64,000 nt of DNA from NCBI RefSeq assembly GCF_009914755.1, contig NC_060931.1; one strand, given 5' to 3'. Below are positions 44,807-57,379 of this stretch, one piece after another; position 1 is the first letter of the stretch; every line of letters begins with the position of its first letter. The DNA comes from the human T2T-CHM13v2.0 reference genome, Homo sapiens. The position numbers and the translations under genes were made by a program. The notes beneath the pieces were generated by a model. It saw nothing but the letters and a program-made list of their open reading frames with translations, did no database searches and had not been told where the DNA came from.

Positions 44807-45461
44807 GTATGTGCAAATAACAATATTTTTCCTCCTTTGTCACAGAGATTCCTGTTTTGCATGACAAAGGGCCTTGATTCTTGTTATCAGTGAGCATTTT
44901 CATTGAGAACTAGCACTGTAAAAAGAGGAAACTTGGTTTAGAATCAGAAGATCTTACAAGTCTATTAATAGCACCAACTTTAGGACCGGGTGAAAGGCTT
45001 GATCTGTCTCTTCTTATGTAAAATTTAATGAACTAATGAGTGAGATTAGATTGAATTATCTCTAGGGTCTCTTCTATTTCTACAGTTGTGTGATGAATTA
45101 TAATTTTAAATTTAATTTGGAAAAGGTAGGACATTCACATTGTTTAATATGTATGTTAATGTCTATAATACACAGACATACATATATAAAAAGATTATAT
45201 ATCTTTTTATATATATCTTGAAAAATTGCCTTCCTACACCATTTTTCATTCCCCTGTTCCTAGCCTTCTAAAACCTATGCATAATGTCTATATGTGTATA
45301 ATGTATTGTGTATAATATGCAATTAATATATAGTACAATATTTATGTATGTGTATTTATCATATATTTTATTCAAGTTCAGTTTCTTTTTTTCTCATCAA
45401 GAATGAAATATGTACATTTGGCTGTCATTAACAGCATAGGAAAAAAAAAGACCAAGATTAA

Positions 45462-45760
<299 letters not shown>

Positions 45761-45763
45761 TAG

Positions 45764-46129
<366 letters not shown>

Positions 46130-47629
46130 TAGTCTGACCATTTTTTCATTTCACTGTTTCTCAGAAAAGAGCTATCTGACTTGTGAGTTGGTTGTGACAT
46201 TAATTCTAGAAAAATGATATACAGCTTGACAAGAATTCTGTGCATTTCTCTCTTCTTTTGTTTAAAAACCATAGATTTTTGTTATGAAAACTTAAAAATA
46301 CAGATAGAGAAAAACTGGAGTAATTTCTCTCTACACATCAGCTAGAGTCAGCAGTTATCAGAATTTTGCCACGTGGCTTCTTTTTTATATCTGGAATTTA
46401 TTTTGAGAATTTAGTTCTTTTGAGCAGCCCAGTTTTCTTGTCATCAGATCACACTGCCTTCAGTTATGCTATTTTTTAAGTAGGAGTTCTTTAAAAATAG
46501 AACTCATGAGTCTTAGATTTCTAAAGTGTTCTTTCATGGAATCCTGCTTTATATCTTACATACTGTCTCCTTTGGAAATCTGGCTAGAGATTTTTATAAC
46601 TTATGCAACCTGGTTTTTTAGATAGTGATAGTGGTAGGCTCTCACTTTTTAAGTTTATATTTTGCTCAATATTCACAGAATCACAGATTCTCAGAATTTG
46701 AAGGGATGCAGTTACTTAGCTGACAACTTCTTCTCATAGGTGAAATAGAAAGATTTGATTTGAACTATTTATTATACCTTTAAACAAACCTAAACCATGA
46801 GAGAAACATTGATTTAGAATCTGAAAAAAGCTATGATTAATATATGTTCTTTGTAGTAACTTGAGAAACTACAAAAAATTATGAAGATGAAAAATTAGAC
46901 GTAGCTACTAAAATTACCTACTCAGAAACAATCATTTATATTGTGGCATATTTCCTTCTGCCCGTTCTATATTTAGTAAAATGAGTACCAGCTTATTGCA
47001 TATTCTACATGTACTTTATTTTTCTACATACATTTTCATGTTATGAGCAATATATTTTGGTGACCTACTGCACACTGAGTGTAGGTTCTAGAGACCGCAG
47101 AGTTGATGACATCTAATCAAAGTTACCTTTGAAAAGTGCCCTCTTAATCATGAGCACTTTTGTAAGCTTGAAGTTCAATAATTATCCAGTTTTGATCTTT
47201 TTGCATTTTGGATGTAGCCTTCCTTTCTATCCCTCTCTGAACAGTCGGGCAAGGAAGGGGAGAGATTTTCCCCTTTTGGCGCTTATAGCCAAGTTGGAGG
47301 AATACAATTCTGGTAAAATGTGGCTCCGGATTATGAGTATTTAGTTTGTTTGATTGCTTTCTTCCCCCAAGGACTGTGATTTACCCTCTCAGCATATATC
47401 CAGGGGTGATAGTCAAAATGTTAACATCCTCAAAAATTCTGACCAGAAGCTCCCTGTGCTGAAAATTTCCAAGGTGGGGAGCTTTGGCAAGTGATATTTG
47501 GGCAGGTTGAGGTGGGGCGGGGGGACTCAAAGAAATAGTTGTTTAACTACAGATATGTAAGTATTTCCGTGTTGTAACAGCTAGTGTGGCTGAGAACAGC
47601 CAGTGACATGTCAGATTACCGAATAAAAC

Positions 47630-47850
47630 CACAAAAGTGGGGTAGTTTATGGGCTCCAGGTTTGAACATGGGCTCTACCACTGAGGACCTGTGTGATTAT
47701 TTTGTTTAACCTCTTGTTGCCTCAGTTTCCTCACTGGTAAAATGACGATATTGATAGTATCTATTTTGTGAAAGCTATTGGGGGGATTATATGAATTTGT
47801 AGTTTGTAGAATGGTACCTTTCATAAAGAACTCTTTGTTATGTTTGTTAA
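47630..47850 (+). mobile_element. MIR
   Basis: GCCTCAGTTTCCTCACTGGTAAAATG core. Confidence 0.7.
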
Positions 47851-48486
47851 ATACATTTCTTTTTCCCCATTAGATGGATTCCAAAACAGATGACTTTCCA
47901 CATCTTCAAATCAGGCTTACCTTTCCTTGATTCAACCTGCAGACCTCAGTCCACCAGCTATAAACACTGCCAGTTATGAATCTTACAGTAATTTGTGGAT
48001 TCTTATTGTGGTCAGTGGAGAGAATCTGGGACTTACCTAACTCTCTAGAAGTAGTTTAAAAGGGCTAATGGTGGCTACAAAGTCACATAAACAAAATTTA
48101 GGTTAAAAGTTGGCACACGTATAAAGTGGGAGATACAGTTTAAAACTCATTTTATTCTATTAAAATTTTGTATCTTTTTTAGCCTAAAGAGTTACAATTT
48201 TCATTTATTTAAAATAAACCAACTTTGAAACAGAAACAGAGCACACATTTCTTAATTTAAAAAACTATACTGGCTAACAATTTAGCAAACTTGGTGCGGG
48301 AAATGGCACAGTAACAGCTTCATCTCTTCCTACCAAGAGAGGTAGGAATTATAACATTTTAAATTTCTGTGTTGGAAAATTTATTCATTTTAAGATTTTT
48401 TGCTGTTACTTAAATTTTACTGAACTTAGTTTATTCCTGAATTATCAAAATATATGCTATTTTAGCTATTTAGACTACTTTGACTT

Positions 48487-48914
48487 TGTATTAGTTTTCC
48501 ATATTTCTGCTGTAACAGGTTACCACACACATAGTTGCTTAACACAACACAAACTTATTGTCTTACAGTTTTGGAGATCAAAAGTTTAAAATAAAGGTAC
48601 CTTCTGGAGGCCAGGCTCACCAGCCCTCCTTTTACATCTTCAAAGCTAGGAGAGTTGCAGCTTCTCTTTCTATTTCCCTTTACTTCTGCCATCACGGTGT
48701 CTTCTCTCCATGTTTCTGACTCTGTCCTTCCTGCCTCCGTCATATGTGTCCCCCTGTGATTATATCATTGAGCCCACCTGGGTAATAATCTCTTTATCTT
48801 GAGACCCTTAACCACACTCGCAAAGTCCCTGTTACTGTGTAAGGTAACATATTTGCAGGTCGTAGGGGTTAGGACATGGACATCCTTCAGGGCCAGTCAT
48901 TCAGTTTACCACAG
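48487..48914 (-). mobile_element. MLT1A-like LTR
   Basis: TGTATTAGTTTTCC...GGTTAGGACATGGACATC...TACCACA. Confidence 0.75.
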
Positions 48915-49106
48915 TGTTCGTTTTAATTTTTTCTCAGCGCCCGTCATTTGGTTTACTTCATTTCAAAAAGAAAAAAAATCTCTCCCCGTTGAACAAAAGA
49001 TGCAAAGCGATTGAGAGGGTCCAAAGTTATTTTATTGATCAACTGAATAAATATACATAAATGTTACTTTCTTTTTCTTTACTTTATTTTTTTTTCCCCA
49101 TTCCAG

Positions 49107-49181
49107 ATCCTGGGTGTTTGGCTGACCTACAGATACAGGAACCAGAAAGACCCCCGCGCAAATCCTAGTGCATTCCTTTGA
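49107..49181 (+). CDS. TSPAN13: TSPAN13 last coding exon ([24 protein letters not shown])
   Basis: Long pyrimidine tract plus CAG; tandem stops TGATGA; six exons sum to 204 aa. Confidence 0.97.
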   Translation: MLGVWLTYRYRNQKDPRANPSAFL

Positions 49182-50230
49182 TGAGAAAACAAGGAAGATT
49201 TCCTTTCGTATTATGATCTTGTTCACTTTCTGTAATTTTCTGTTAAGCTCCATTTGCCAGTTTAAGGAAGGAAACACTATCTGGAAAAGTACCTTATTGA
49301 TAGTGGAATTATATATTTTTACTCTATGTTTCTCTACATGTTTTTTTCTTTCCGTTGCTGAAAAATATTTGAAACTTGTGGTCTCTGAAGCTCGGTGGCA
49401 CCTGGAATTTACTGTATTCATTGTCGGGCACTGTCCACTGTGGCCTTTCTTAGCATTTTTACCTGCAGAAAAACTTTGTATGGTACCACTGTGTTGGTTA
49501 TATGGTGAATCTGAACGTACATCTCACTGGTATAATTATATGTAGCACTGTGCTGTGTAGATAGTTCCTACTGGAAAAAGAGTGGAAATTTATTAAAATC
49601 AGAAAGTATGAGATCCTGTTATGTTAAGGGAAATCCAAATTCCCAATTTTTTTTGGTCTTTTTAGGAAAGATGTGTTGTGGTAAAAAGTGTTAGTATAAA
49701 AATGATAATTTACTTGTAGTCTTTTATGATTACACCAATGTATTCTAGAAATAGTTATGTCTTAGGAAATTGTGGTTTAATTTTTGACTTTTACAGGTAA
49801 GTGCAAAGGAGAAGTGGTTTCATGAAATGTTCTAATGTATAATAACATTTACCTTCAGCCTCCATCAGAATGGAACGAGTTTTGAGTAATCAGGAAGTAT
49901 ATCTATATGATCTTGATATTGTTTTATAATAATTTGAAGTCTAAAAGACTGCATTTTTAAACAAGTTAGTATTAATGCGTTGGCCCACGTAGCAAAAAGA
50001 TATTTGATTATCTTAAAAATTGTTAAATACCGTTTTCATGAAAGTTCTCAGTATTGTAACAGCAACTTGTCAAACCTAAGCATATTTGAATATGATCTCC
50101 CATAATTTGAAATTGAAATCGTATTGTGTGGCTCTGTATATTCTGTTAAAAAATTAAAGGACAGAAACCTTTCTTTGTGTATGCATGTTTGAATTAAAAG
50201 AAAGTAATGGAAGAATTGATCGATGAATTA
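49182..50230 (+). other. TSPAN13: TSPAN13 3'UTR
   Basis: AT-rich, repeat-free sequence after the stop, ending near ATTAAA signals. Confidence 0.8.
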
Positions 50231-50328
50231 AGTGAGGTGGAATTCTTTTCTTTCTGCTTTAGCTTCTCTCTGTTGGACTTAGAGCTGGGTATTGCTATTT
50301 TAGTGTATAATCAAGCTGTGGAAATAAA
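50153..50328 (+). terminator. TSPAN13 polyadenylation signals
   Basis: ATTAAA at 50153 and 50193 (the latter followed by a GU/U-rich tract at about 50232-50270); AATAAA at 50323. Confidence 0.7.
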
Positions 50329-50754
50329 TTTCCAGCATTAATGTCTATTGGTAGTCATCCTCAAATCCTTTCTTGAAATGTTTCAGTGGCTAATATTATC
50401 TCCATGGTGAGAAAAAGTTTTTCTAAAAAGAGAAGCCATTAATATTTATTTGGGAAAAATATATACGTTCTTTCCCATTACGAAAAATTATTAATTTCTT
50501 GTTTTACATTCTAGGTAGCATGTGGTATTTTATTGTCTTACTAGGTTTTTAGACCGAGAGAGGGTAAATGGTTGATCTGTAGAGTTTTAGAGCATTTTGT
50601 AGGTTTGTCACTTCCGTGACTTTGCAACACTAGCTAATTTTCCAAGGAAACAGAATTGTGCCATTTTCACAATGTCCTATGAGCTCTGGGGTAGCCCTAA
50701 CAGTGTCCCCACTTATACCATAAGATGAGATTATAAGTGACATATGAAGGGAGA

Positions 50755-50878
50755 TTTTATTATTATTTTTTATTATTATACTTTAAGTTCTGTGATACAA
50801 ATGCAGAATGTGCAGGTTGTTGTTACACAGGTACACATGTGCCATGGGGGTTTGCTGCACCTATTAACCTGCCATCGA
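50755..50878 (-). mobile_element. Short L1PA 3'-end insertion
   Basis: TTATTATACTTTAAGTTC...GTGCCATG...GCTGCACCTATTAACC. Confidence 0.8.
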
Positions 50879-53351
50879 GGTGGGAAGTTTTAAAATTCTG
50901 TCTTCCTTTAAGGCATTTGGCATTTTCCATGTTTGTTTTGTTACATTTTGAAATTATTATAAGGCCCTGGAATCTCCTAATGTAATACTTTCCTTGGTAC
51001 AAATGATTATATGTGGAAAGGCTATTCCATAGAGAATCAGCCCTTACCTTGGTTTGTGCTCTAATTGCAGTGCCCTTATTTGGGTCAACACAGTATGCTT
51101 CATGCTGAAGTTAAATGATGCATCCTGGAAATTCTAACAAAGGAAGGTCTCTTCTTCTGTTCAAATATAGATTGACTGATGTCAGCCTTCCTCAAGTGTG
51201 TTACTTAAAAAGCAAAGAGCAAAGAGAACAGCTGTCAGGGTGAGAAGTCTAAACACATTTTTGAAAGTAGCCTGGTGCTGACAAAATGCATTTAATCGTG
51301 CTCAAGGCTTCATGAAATTGAGTTCATTAAATTAGGATTTTAAATCATTATGGCTAAGAAAAACATGTATATCTAAATATTAAATAAAACAAAATGTAAA
51401 GATATCTAAGATGTTAAGATTTTAGTAAAATAAGTTAATGAAAAAGAAAGTCAGGGTCTGGGAAGTATGAATATTTAGGACTACTAAACTATGGGATTAT
51501 AAGAGTGGGTAATGACAGTTAGCCACTCAAGAAATACACATTTTCAAGCACCAAGGTTGTCCTTGTCAAATGAGTCTGGGCTTTCTGTTTTCTCTGGCAG
51601 ATCTGAAGGTGATAGATTACCTAACACCTTCTGTGATGCTTCCTGTGATCTTTGTGTCGGGGTGCATATTTAGTGGAAAACCCTCTGAATAAGTCAGTCC
51701 TGAATCCCAGATGGCCCTGCTATGATCCTGCAAAGGTCATCCTGATCCCAGGATTAGAGAGGGCCACTGCCCAAGGGCACAGAAATGCTGCCATAAACAC
51801 GTAGTGTCAGAGGAGGATGAGTTTCAGATCAGGGTAGACCCTAGATGTCCTTTCTTCCCAAACCTAGCATTTCTTTAAAAAGGAACTGTGCTGCTTAAAA
51901 AAATCTCTTCTCTATTTGCACATTCCATTTATAGGAATGTTTTTTGGCACATTTGCCCGGTCAGCCTTGATGTTAAGGGTTAAATTTTATATAGAGAATA
52001 TAATACTAATACAAAGGAAGAAAGAGTTCAGCTATAATTTCTAAAATCTGAGCTTGTTGTAGCTTAAATTCATCTCAGATACTCTGTTATCTAAGCAACA
52101 ATGTGTTTGGTATGAAAACCAGTTTCGCATGTTCAACCTAAGTTACATGCTGCTGAATGGAACCTTTCATAGAAGGAAAGGAAACCAGAAGTGTGGCTTT
52201 TAGTTCTTCGTTTCCTTGAGCCAAAACCTCCTCCTACAATTTTTCTAAATATTTGTTTAACTCTGTTAAAGTTTATTCATTATTTTGCAAATACACTAAA
52301 TACGTCAAACTGTTTCAATTTTTAGCTGGTACTAAAAAAGTTAGAATCAAATTTTTCCATAGTATTTCATAGGAGAAAAACACTTTTAGTCACTGTGGTT
52401 GTACAGACATGATCATTCATGTGTGAATTGTTTTATTAGAGATGACAATAAAGTTAAAAACCAGCTTTTCCAGGGTTCTGGATAAGTGAAGGGATTGGTG
52501 TAAAGTTTTGTTCTGTATTTGGTACGTTTCGGACTAAAATAATTTTTAGACCAGGCTTTCTGTGCCAAATGAAATTACAATATGTGTTAGTGAATGTGTT
52601 CTAAATAAATTTAAGAGTGCAATCCACCCTTTCCCCAACACCTCCACTCCACGAGAAGAGGAGAGGGAGAGAAGGGAACGGGGCTTGTCATGTGGATGTT
52701 TTTCTTAAATGTCATAACTGAGCAATTGTAGTCATTGAAATACCTCTTGAAAATATGAGAAAGGGGAAAATCAAACTCTGCCATGTGGCAGGCCAATTCT
52801 CATCACTCTCCTTAGGAAAACCAGCTTTTGGAATTCATTTTCAAATGAGGATTTGAGGCCTGTGAGTTAAAATATATGTCAAAGAATGGACTTTGACATC
52901 ACTTGGGGGGTGAAACCACTCTGCCTACTTTTAGGATCTTGCTTTTCATAGATCAGGGAGTCATAACTTGACAAGTAGCCTTTTAATAGGTTAAGCTGAC
53001 TTGACTTGGACTTTGAAGTCAAGGTCCTTGAACTGAAGGAAGTTCTATTCTTGCCTTAGAGCTTTTAATGATTTTTCTCCTGACTGGTATTCTTATCAGT
53101 GATTGCTAGTTAGAGGGTTCTCAGTAGACTACTTAGAATTGCTGAATTCAAGAAAGAAAGAAAACAGATTTAGACAGTCATGGAAGATCACTTGAAGAAG
53201 ACTGTTGTTCCGAAATTGGTAAAAATGGTTTAATTAGGCTGTTGACCGTCTGTGTAAATGACGTTTACAGATGATTTATGTTAGCTACATTTTTTTAACA
53301 GTTAATTCCTGTTTTTTTCTCCCTAAGCTATAGGATCTCAGATAAAACTGA

Positions 53352-54105
53352 AATTTTTGTTATTGTGGTAAATACATATAGCATAAAAGCTATCATTTTA
53401 ACCATTCATAAGCTTGTAGTTCAGTGGCAGTAAGTACATTCATATTGTTATGCAACCATCACCACCATGCATTTCCATAACGTTTAATCTTCTGTACCCA
53501 TTAAGCAATAACTCCTCATTCCCCTCTTCCCCTGGCAACCTGCACTCCACTTTCTATATGAAAACGATTCTGGGTACCCCATATGGGTGAAATTGTATAG
53601 TAGCTGTCCTTTCGTGACTGGCTTATTTACTGAGCATAATGTCCTCAAGGTTCATCCACGTTGTTACATATGCCAGAACTTTCTTCTTCTTTTTTTCCAT
53701 TGACATGGGGTCTTGGTATGTTGGACAGGCTGGTCTTGAACTCCCGGGCTCAAGCAGTTCTCCCACCTCCACCTCCCAAAATGCTGGGATTACAGGCGTG
53801 AGCCACTGCGCCCAGCCATGAATTTTCTTCAAGATTGGATAATATTTCATTGTATGTATATGTCACATTTTGTTTGTTCATTCATCCATTGATGGACACT
53901 TGAGTTGCTTCCACCTTTTAGCTATTGTGGATAATGCTATGAGCGTGGGTGTATAAATATCTGTTCCCTGCTTTTAGTTCATAAGCATATACCCAAGAGT
54001 GGAATTACTGGGTTGGATGGTAGTTCTGTATTTAATTTTTTGAGAGACCACCATATTGTTTTCCACAAAACAAAAATGGCTGCACCATTTTATATTCCCA
54101 CTATG
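53352..54105 (-). mobile_element. L1MA/MB 3' fragment containing an Alu monomer (53680-53818)
   Basis: AGCATAATGTCCTCAAGGTTCATCC; ATCCATTGATGGACACTTGAGTTGCTTCCAC. Confidence 0.8.
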
Positions 54106-54324
54106 TTATTAACATTTTTATTTGGCTGTTTGAAATAGCACTCTTCAGTCTTCTAGTACTCTTCTACTTCTCTGTAGTCAGAGAAGTAGTCAAGATATAC
54201 TTTCACTTGAAATTTATTTAAATGCAAATGATAGATTGTGAGATGACAGAAGAGGGATTTGGTAGAAAGAACAGACATTGCTAATATTTCAATGAGTTTA
54301 GAACAACCATGTTTGTATCTTCTA

Positions 54325-54606
54325 TTTTTTTTTTTTTTGGAGACAGAGCCTCTCTTTGTCACCCAGGGTGGAGTGCAGTGGTATGGTCTCAGCTCACTGC
54401 AACTTCCGCCTCCCTTGGTTTCTCATGCCCCAGCCTCCCGAGTAGCTGGGATTACAGGCATGGGCCACTGTGCCCGGCTAATTTTTTTGTATTTCAAGTA
54501 GAGTCGGGGTTTCTCCATGTTGGCCAGGCTGGTCTCGAACTTCTGGGCTCAAGCGATACGCCTCCCAAAGTGCTGGGATTACAGGCATGAGCCACCACGA
54601 TTGACC
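54325..54606 (-). mobile_element. Alu with internal deletions
   Basis: Antisense dimer. Confidence 0.88.
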
Positions 54607-54754
54607 TCAATTCTGTTTTTAACCTTGTATGTACACATTTCCTGTAGTTGCAATTATAGCATAGAAGGTCTTAAATTCTTTTTTACTTAGGCCTTTTCTG
54701 TTTTGCCATTATGTTTATTATTTTTATGGATGACAACATAGTGCATTTTGTCTT

Positions 54755-56713
54755 TTTTATTTATTTATTTATTTTTTTTTATTGATCATTCTTGGGTGTT
54801 TCTCGCAGAGGGGGATTTGGCAGGGTCATAGGACAATAGTGGAGGGAAGGTCAGCAGATAAACAAGTGAACAAAGGTCTCTGGTTTTCCTAGGCAGAGTG
54901 TGTGTGTCCCTGGGTACTTGAGATTAGGGAATGGTGATGACTCTTAACGAGCATGCTGCCTTCAAGCATCTGTTTAACAAATCACATCTTGCACCGCCCT
55001 TAATCCATTTAACCCTGAGTGGACACAGCACATGTTTCAGAGAGCACAGGGTTGGGGGTAAGGTCATAGATCAACAGGATCCCAAGGCAGAAGAATTTTT
55101 CTTAGTACAGAACAAAATGAAAAGTCTCCCATGTCTACTTCTTTCTACACAGACACGGCAACCATCCGATTTCTCAATCTTTTCCCCACCTTTCCCCCCT
55201 TTCTATTCCACAAAACCGCCATTGTCATCATGGCCCGTTCTCAATGAGCTGTTGGGTACACCTCCCAGACAGGGGGTGGCCGGGCAGAGGGGCTCCTCAC
55301 TTCCCAGTAGGGGCGGCCGGGCAAAGGCACCCCTCACCTCCCGGATGGGGCGGCTGGCCGGGCAGGGGGCTGACCCCCCACCTCCCTCCCGGACGGGGCG
55401 TCTCGCCTGGCGGGGGGCTGAGCCCCCCACCTCCCTCCCGGACGGGGCGGCTGGCCAGGTGGGGGGCTGACCGCCCCACCTCCCTCCCGGACGGGGCGGC
55501 TGGCCGGGCAGGGGGCTGACCCCCCCACCTCCCTCCCGGACGGGGCATCTCGCCTGGCGGGGGGCTGACCCCCCCACCTCCCTCCCGGATGGGGCGGCTG
55601 GCCGGGTGGGGGGCTGACCCCCCCACCTCCCTCCCGGACAGGGCAGCTGGCCGGGCAGAGGGGCTCCTCACTTCCCAGTAGGGGCGGCCGGGCAGAGGCA
55701 CCCCTCACCTCCCGGACGGGGTGGCTGGCCGGGTGGGGGGCTGACCCCCCACCTCCCTCCCGGACGGGGCGGCTGCCGGGCGGAGACGCTCCTCACTTCC
55801 CAGACGGGGTGGCAGCCGGGCGGAGGGGCTCCTCACTTCTCAGATGGGGCGGTTGCCAGGCGGAGGAGCTCCTCACTTCTCAGATGGGGCGGTTGCCAGG
55901 CGGAGGGTCTCCTCACTTCTCAGACGGGGCGGCCGGGCAGAGACGCTCCTCACCTCCCAGACGGGGCGGCGGGGCAGAGGCGCTCCCCACATCTCAGACG
56001 ATGGGCGGCCGGGCAGAGACGCTCCTCACTTCCTAGATGGGATGGTGGCCGGGAAGAGGCGCTCCTCACTTCCTAGGTGGGATGGCGGCCGGGCAGAGAC
56101 GCTCCTCACTTTCCAGACTGGGCAGCCAGGCAGAGGGGCTCCTCACATCCCAGACGATGGGCGGCCAGGCAGAGACGCACCTCACTTCACAGATGGGGTA
56201 GCGGCCGGGCAGAGGCTGCAATCTCGGCACTTTGGGGGGCCAAGGCAGGCGGCTGGGAGGTGGAGGTTGTAGCCGAGATCACGCCACTGCACTCCAGCCT
56301 GGGCACCATTGAGCACTGAGTTAACGAGACTACGTCTGCAATCCCGGCACCTCGGGAGGCCGAGGCTGGCGGATCACTCGCGGTTAGGAGCTGGAGACCA
56401 GCCCGGCCAACACAGCGAAACCCCATCTCCACCAAAAAAATACGAAAACCCGTCAGGCGTGGCGGCGCGCGCCTGCAATCGCAGGCACTCGGCAGGCTGA
56501 GGCAGGAGAATCAGGCAGGGAGGTTGCAGTGAGCCGAGATGGCAGCAGCACAGTCCAGCTTCGGCTGGGCATGAGAGGGAGACCGTGGAAAGAGAGGGAG
56601 AGGGAGAGGGAGACCGTGGAAAGAGGGGAGAGGGAGAGGGAGGGGGAGGGGGAGGGGGAGGGAGAGGGAGGGGAGAATTTTTATGACTACTCACCTAGAC
56701 AGGATTAAAAAAC
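54755..56713 (-). mobile_element. Full-length SVA retrotransposon (probably SVA_D group)
   Basis: On the minus strand: CCCTCT-type hexamers, Alu-like region, GC-rich VNTR, SINE-R, AATAAA and poly(A); TSD TGCATTTTGTCTT at 54742-54754 and 56714-56726; L1 endonuclease-like TCTT/AA site. Confidence 0.97.
55260..56215. repeat. SVA VNTR (about 37-50 bp GC-rich units)
   Basis: Repeated CCCCCACCTCCCTCCCGGACGGGGCGGCTGGCCGGGC and GCTCCTCACTTC..AGA.GGG units. Confidence 0.93.
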
Positions 56714-57379
56714 TGCATTTTGTCTTAATATACCATGTGGCCATTATATTTTTGGGAGGTTGCTTTTCTTTGGTACGTTTAAATAATGTTACCATTGGCA
56801 TCTTGACAGAACTGTTTCTGTTGAATGATTTCCTTAGGATAAATTCTCAGTGGTAGAGGAGACTGATGGGACAAAGTCAATTAATGACTCATGCTTTGTG
56901 TTTCTTCAATGCTTTTAAAAGGGGGACTTATTTTCCTTACAGCTGTAACATTTGATTTCCTAAATATTTATTTATATTTAAAAAGTATTTGTATGTGTTA
57001 AGATATTTTGCCATTCAATACATTTTAAGAAGTTAACCTTATTTCACGTCCGCCCAATGAAAAAATATTTTGCTATACTATAGGAGAAACTTGAATCACT
57101 TAGAACTTGTCATTTAAAATATTTGTTTATGGAAGGGAAACCTCTTTTTCCTCTTGTTATCCCTCAGAGATCTTTTTAAATGGAATGTTTTACCTTTTTC
57201 AGCACATGTAAGTTATCTACTTGTGAGAAGGGAGCTGATTAACCTGTGATATTTTTGCTGAAGATTTGTATGTCATTAAATCAGCAGTATATGCTCAACA
57301 CCTACTAATGATAGTAGTCACTAGGAGAGATAGAAAAGATTGAAAATATATCCCTGGAAAAATTAATAATGCCAAAAGA

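Noticed and set aside
49032-49545. ORFs overlapping the last TSPAN13 exon and 3'UTR
   Set aside because: AT-rich UTR or antisense frames with no supporting signals
55260-56215. Regularly repeated 37-50 bp units resembling a CRISPR-like array
   Set aside because: No unique spacers; this is the standard SVA VNTR in a eukaryotic genome
54931-56694. Multiple overlapping ORFs with repeated peptides
   Set aside because: Translations of the SVA VNTR, SINE-R and Alu-like regions
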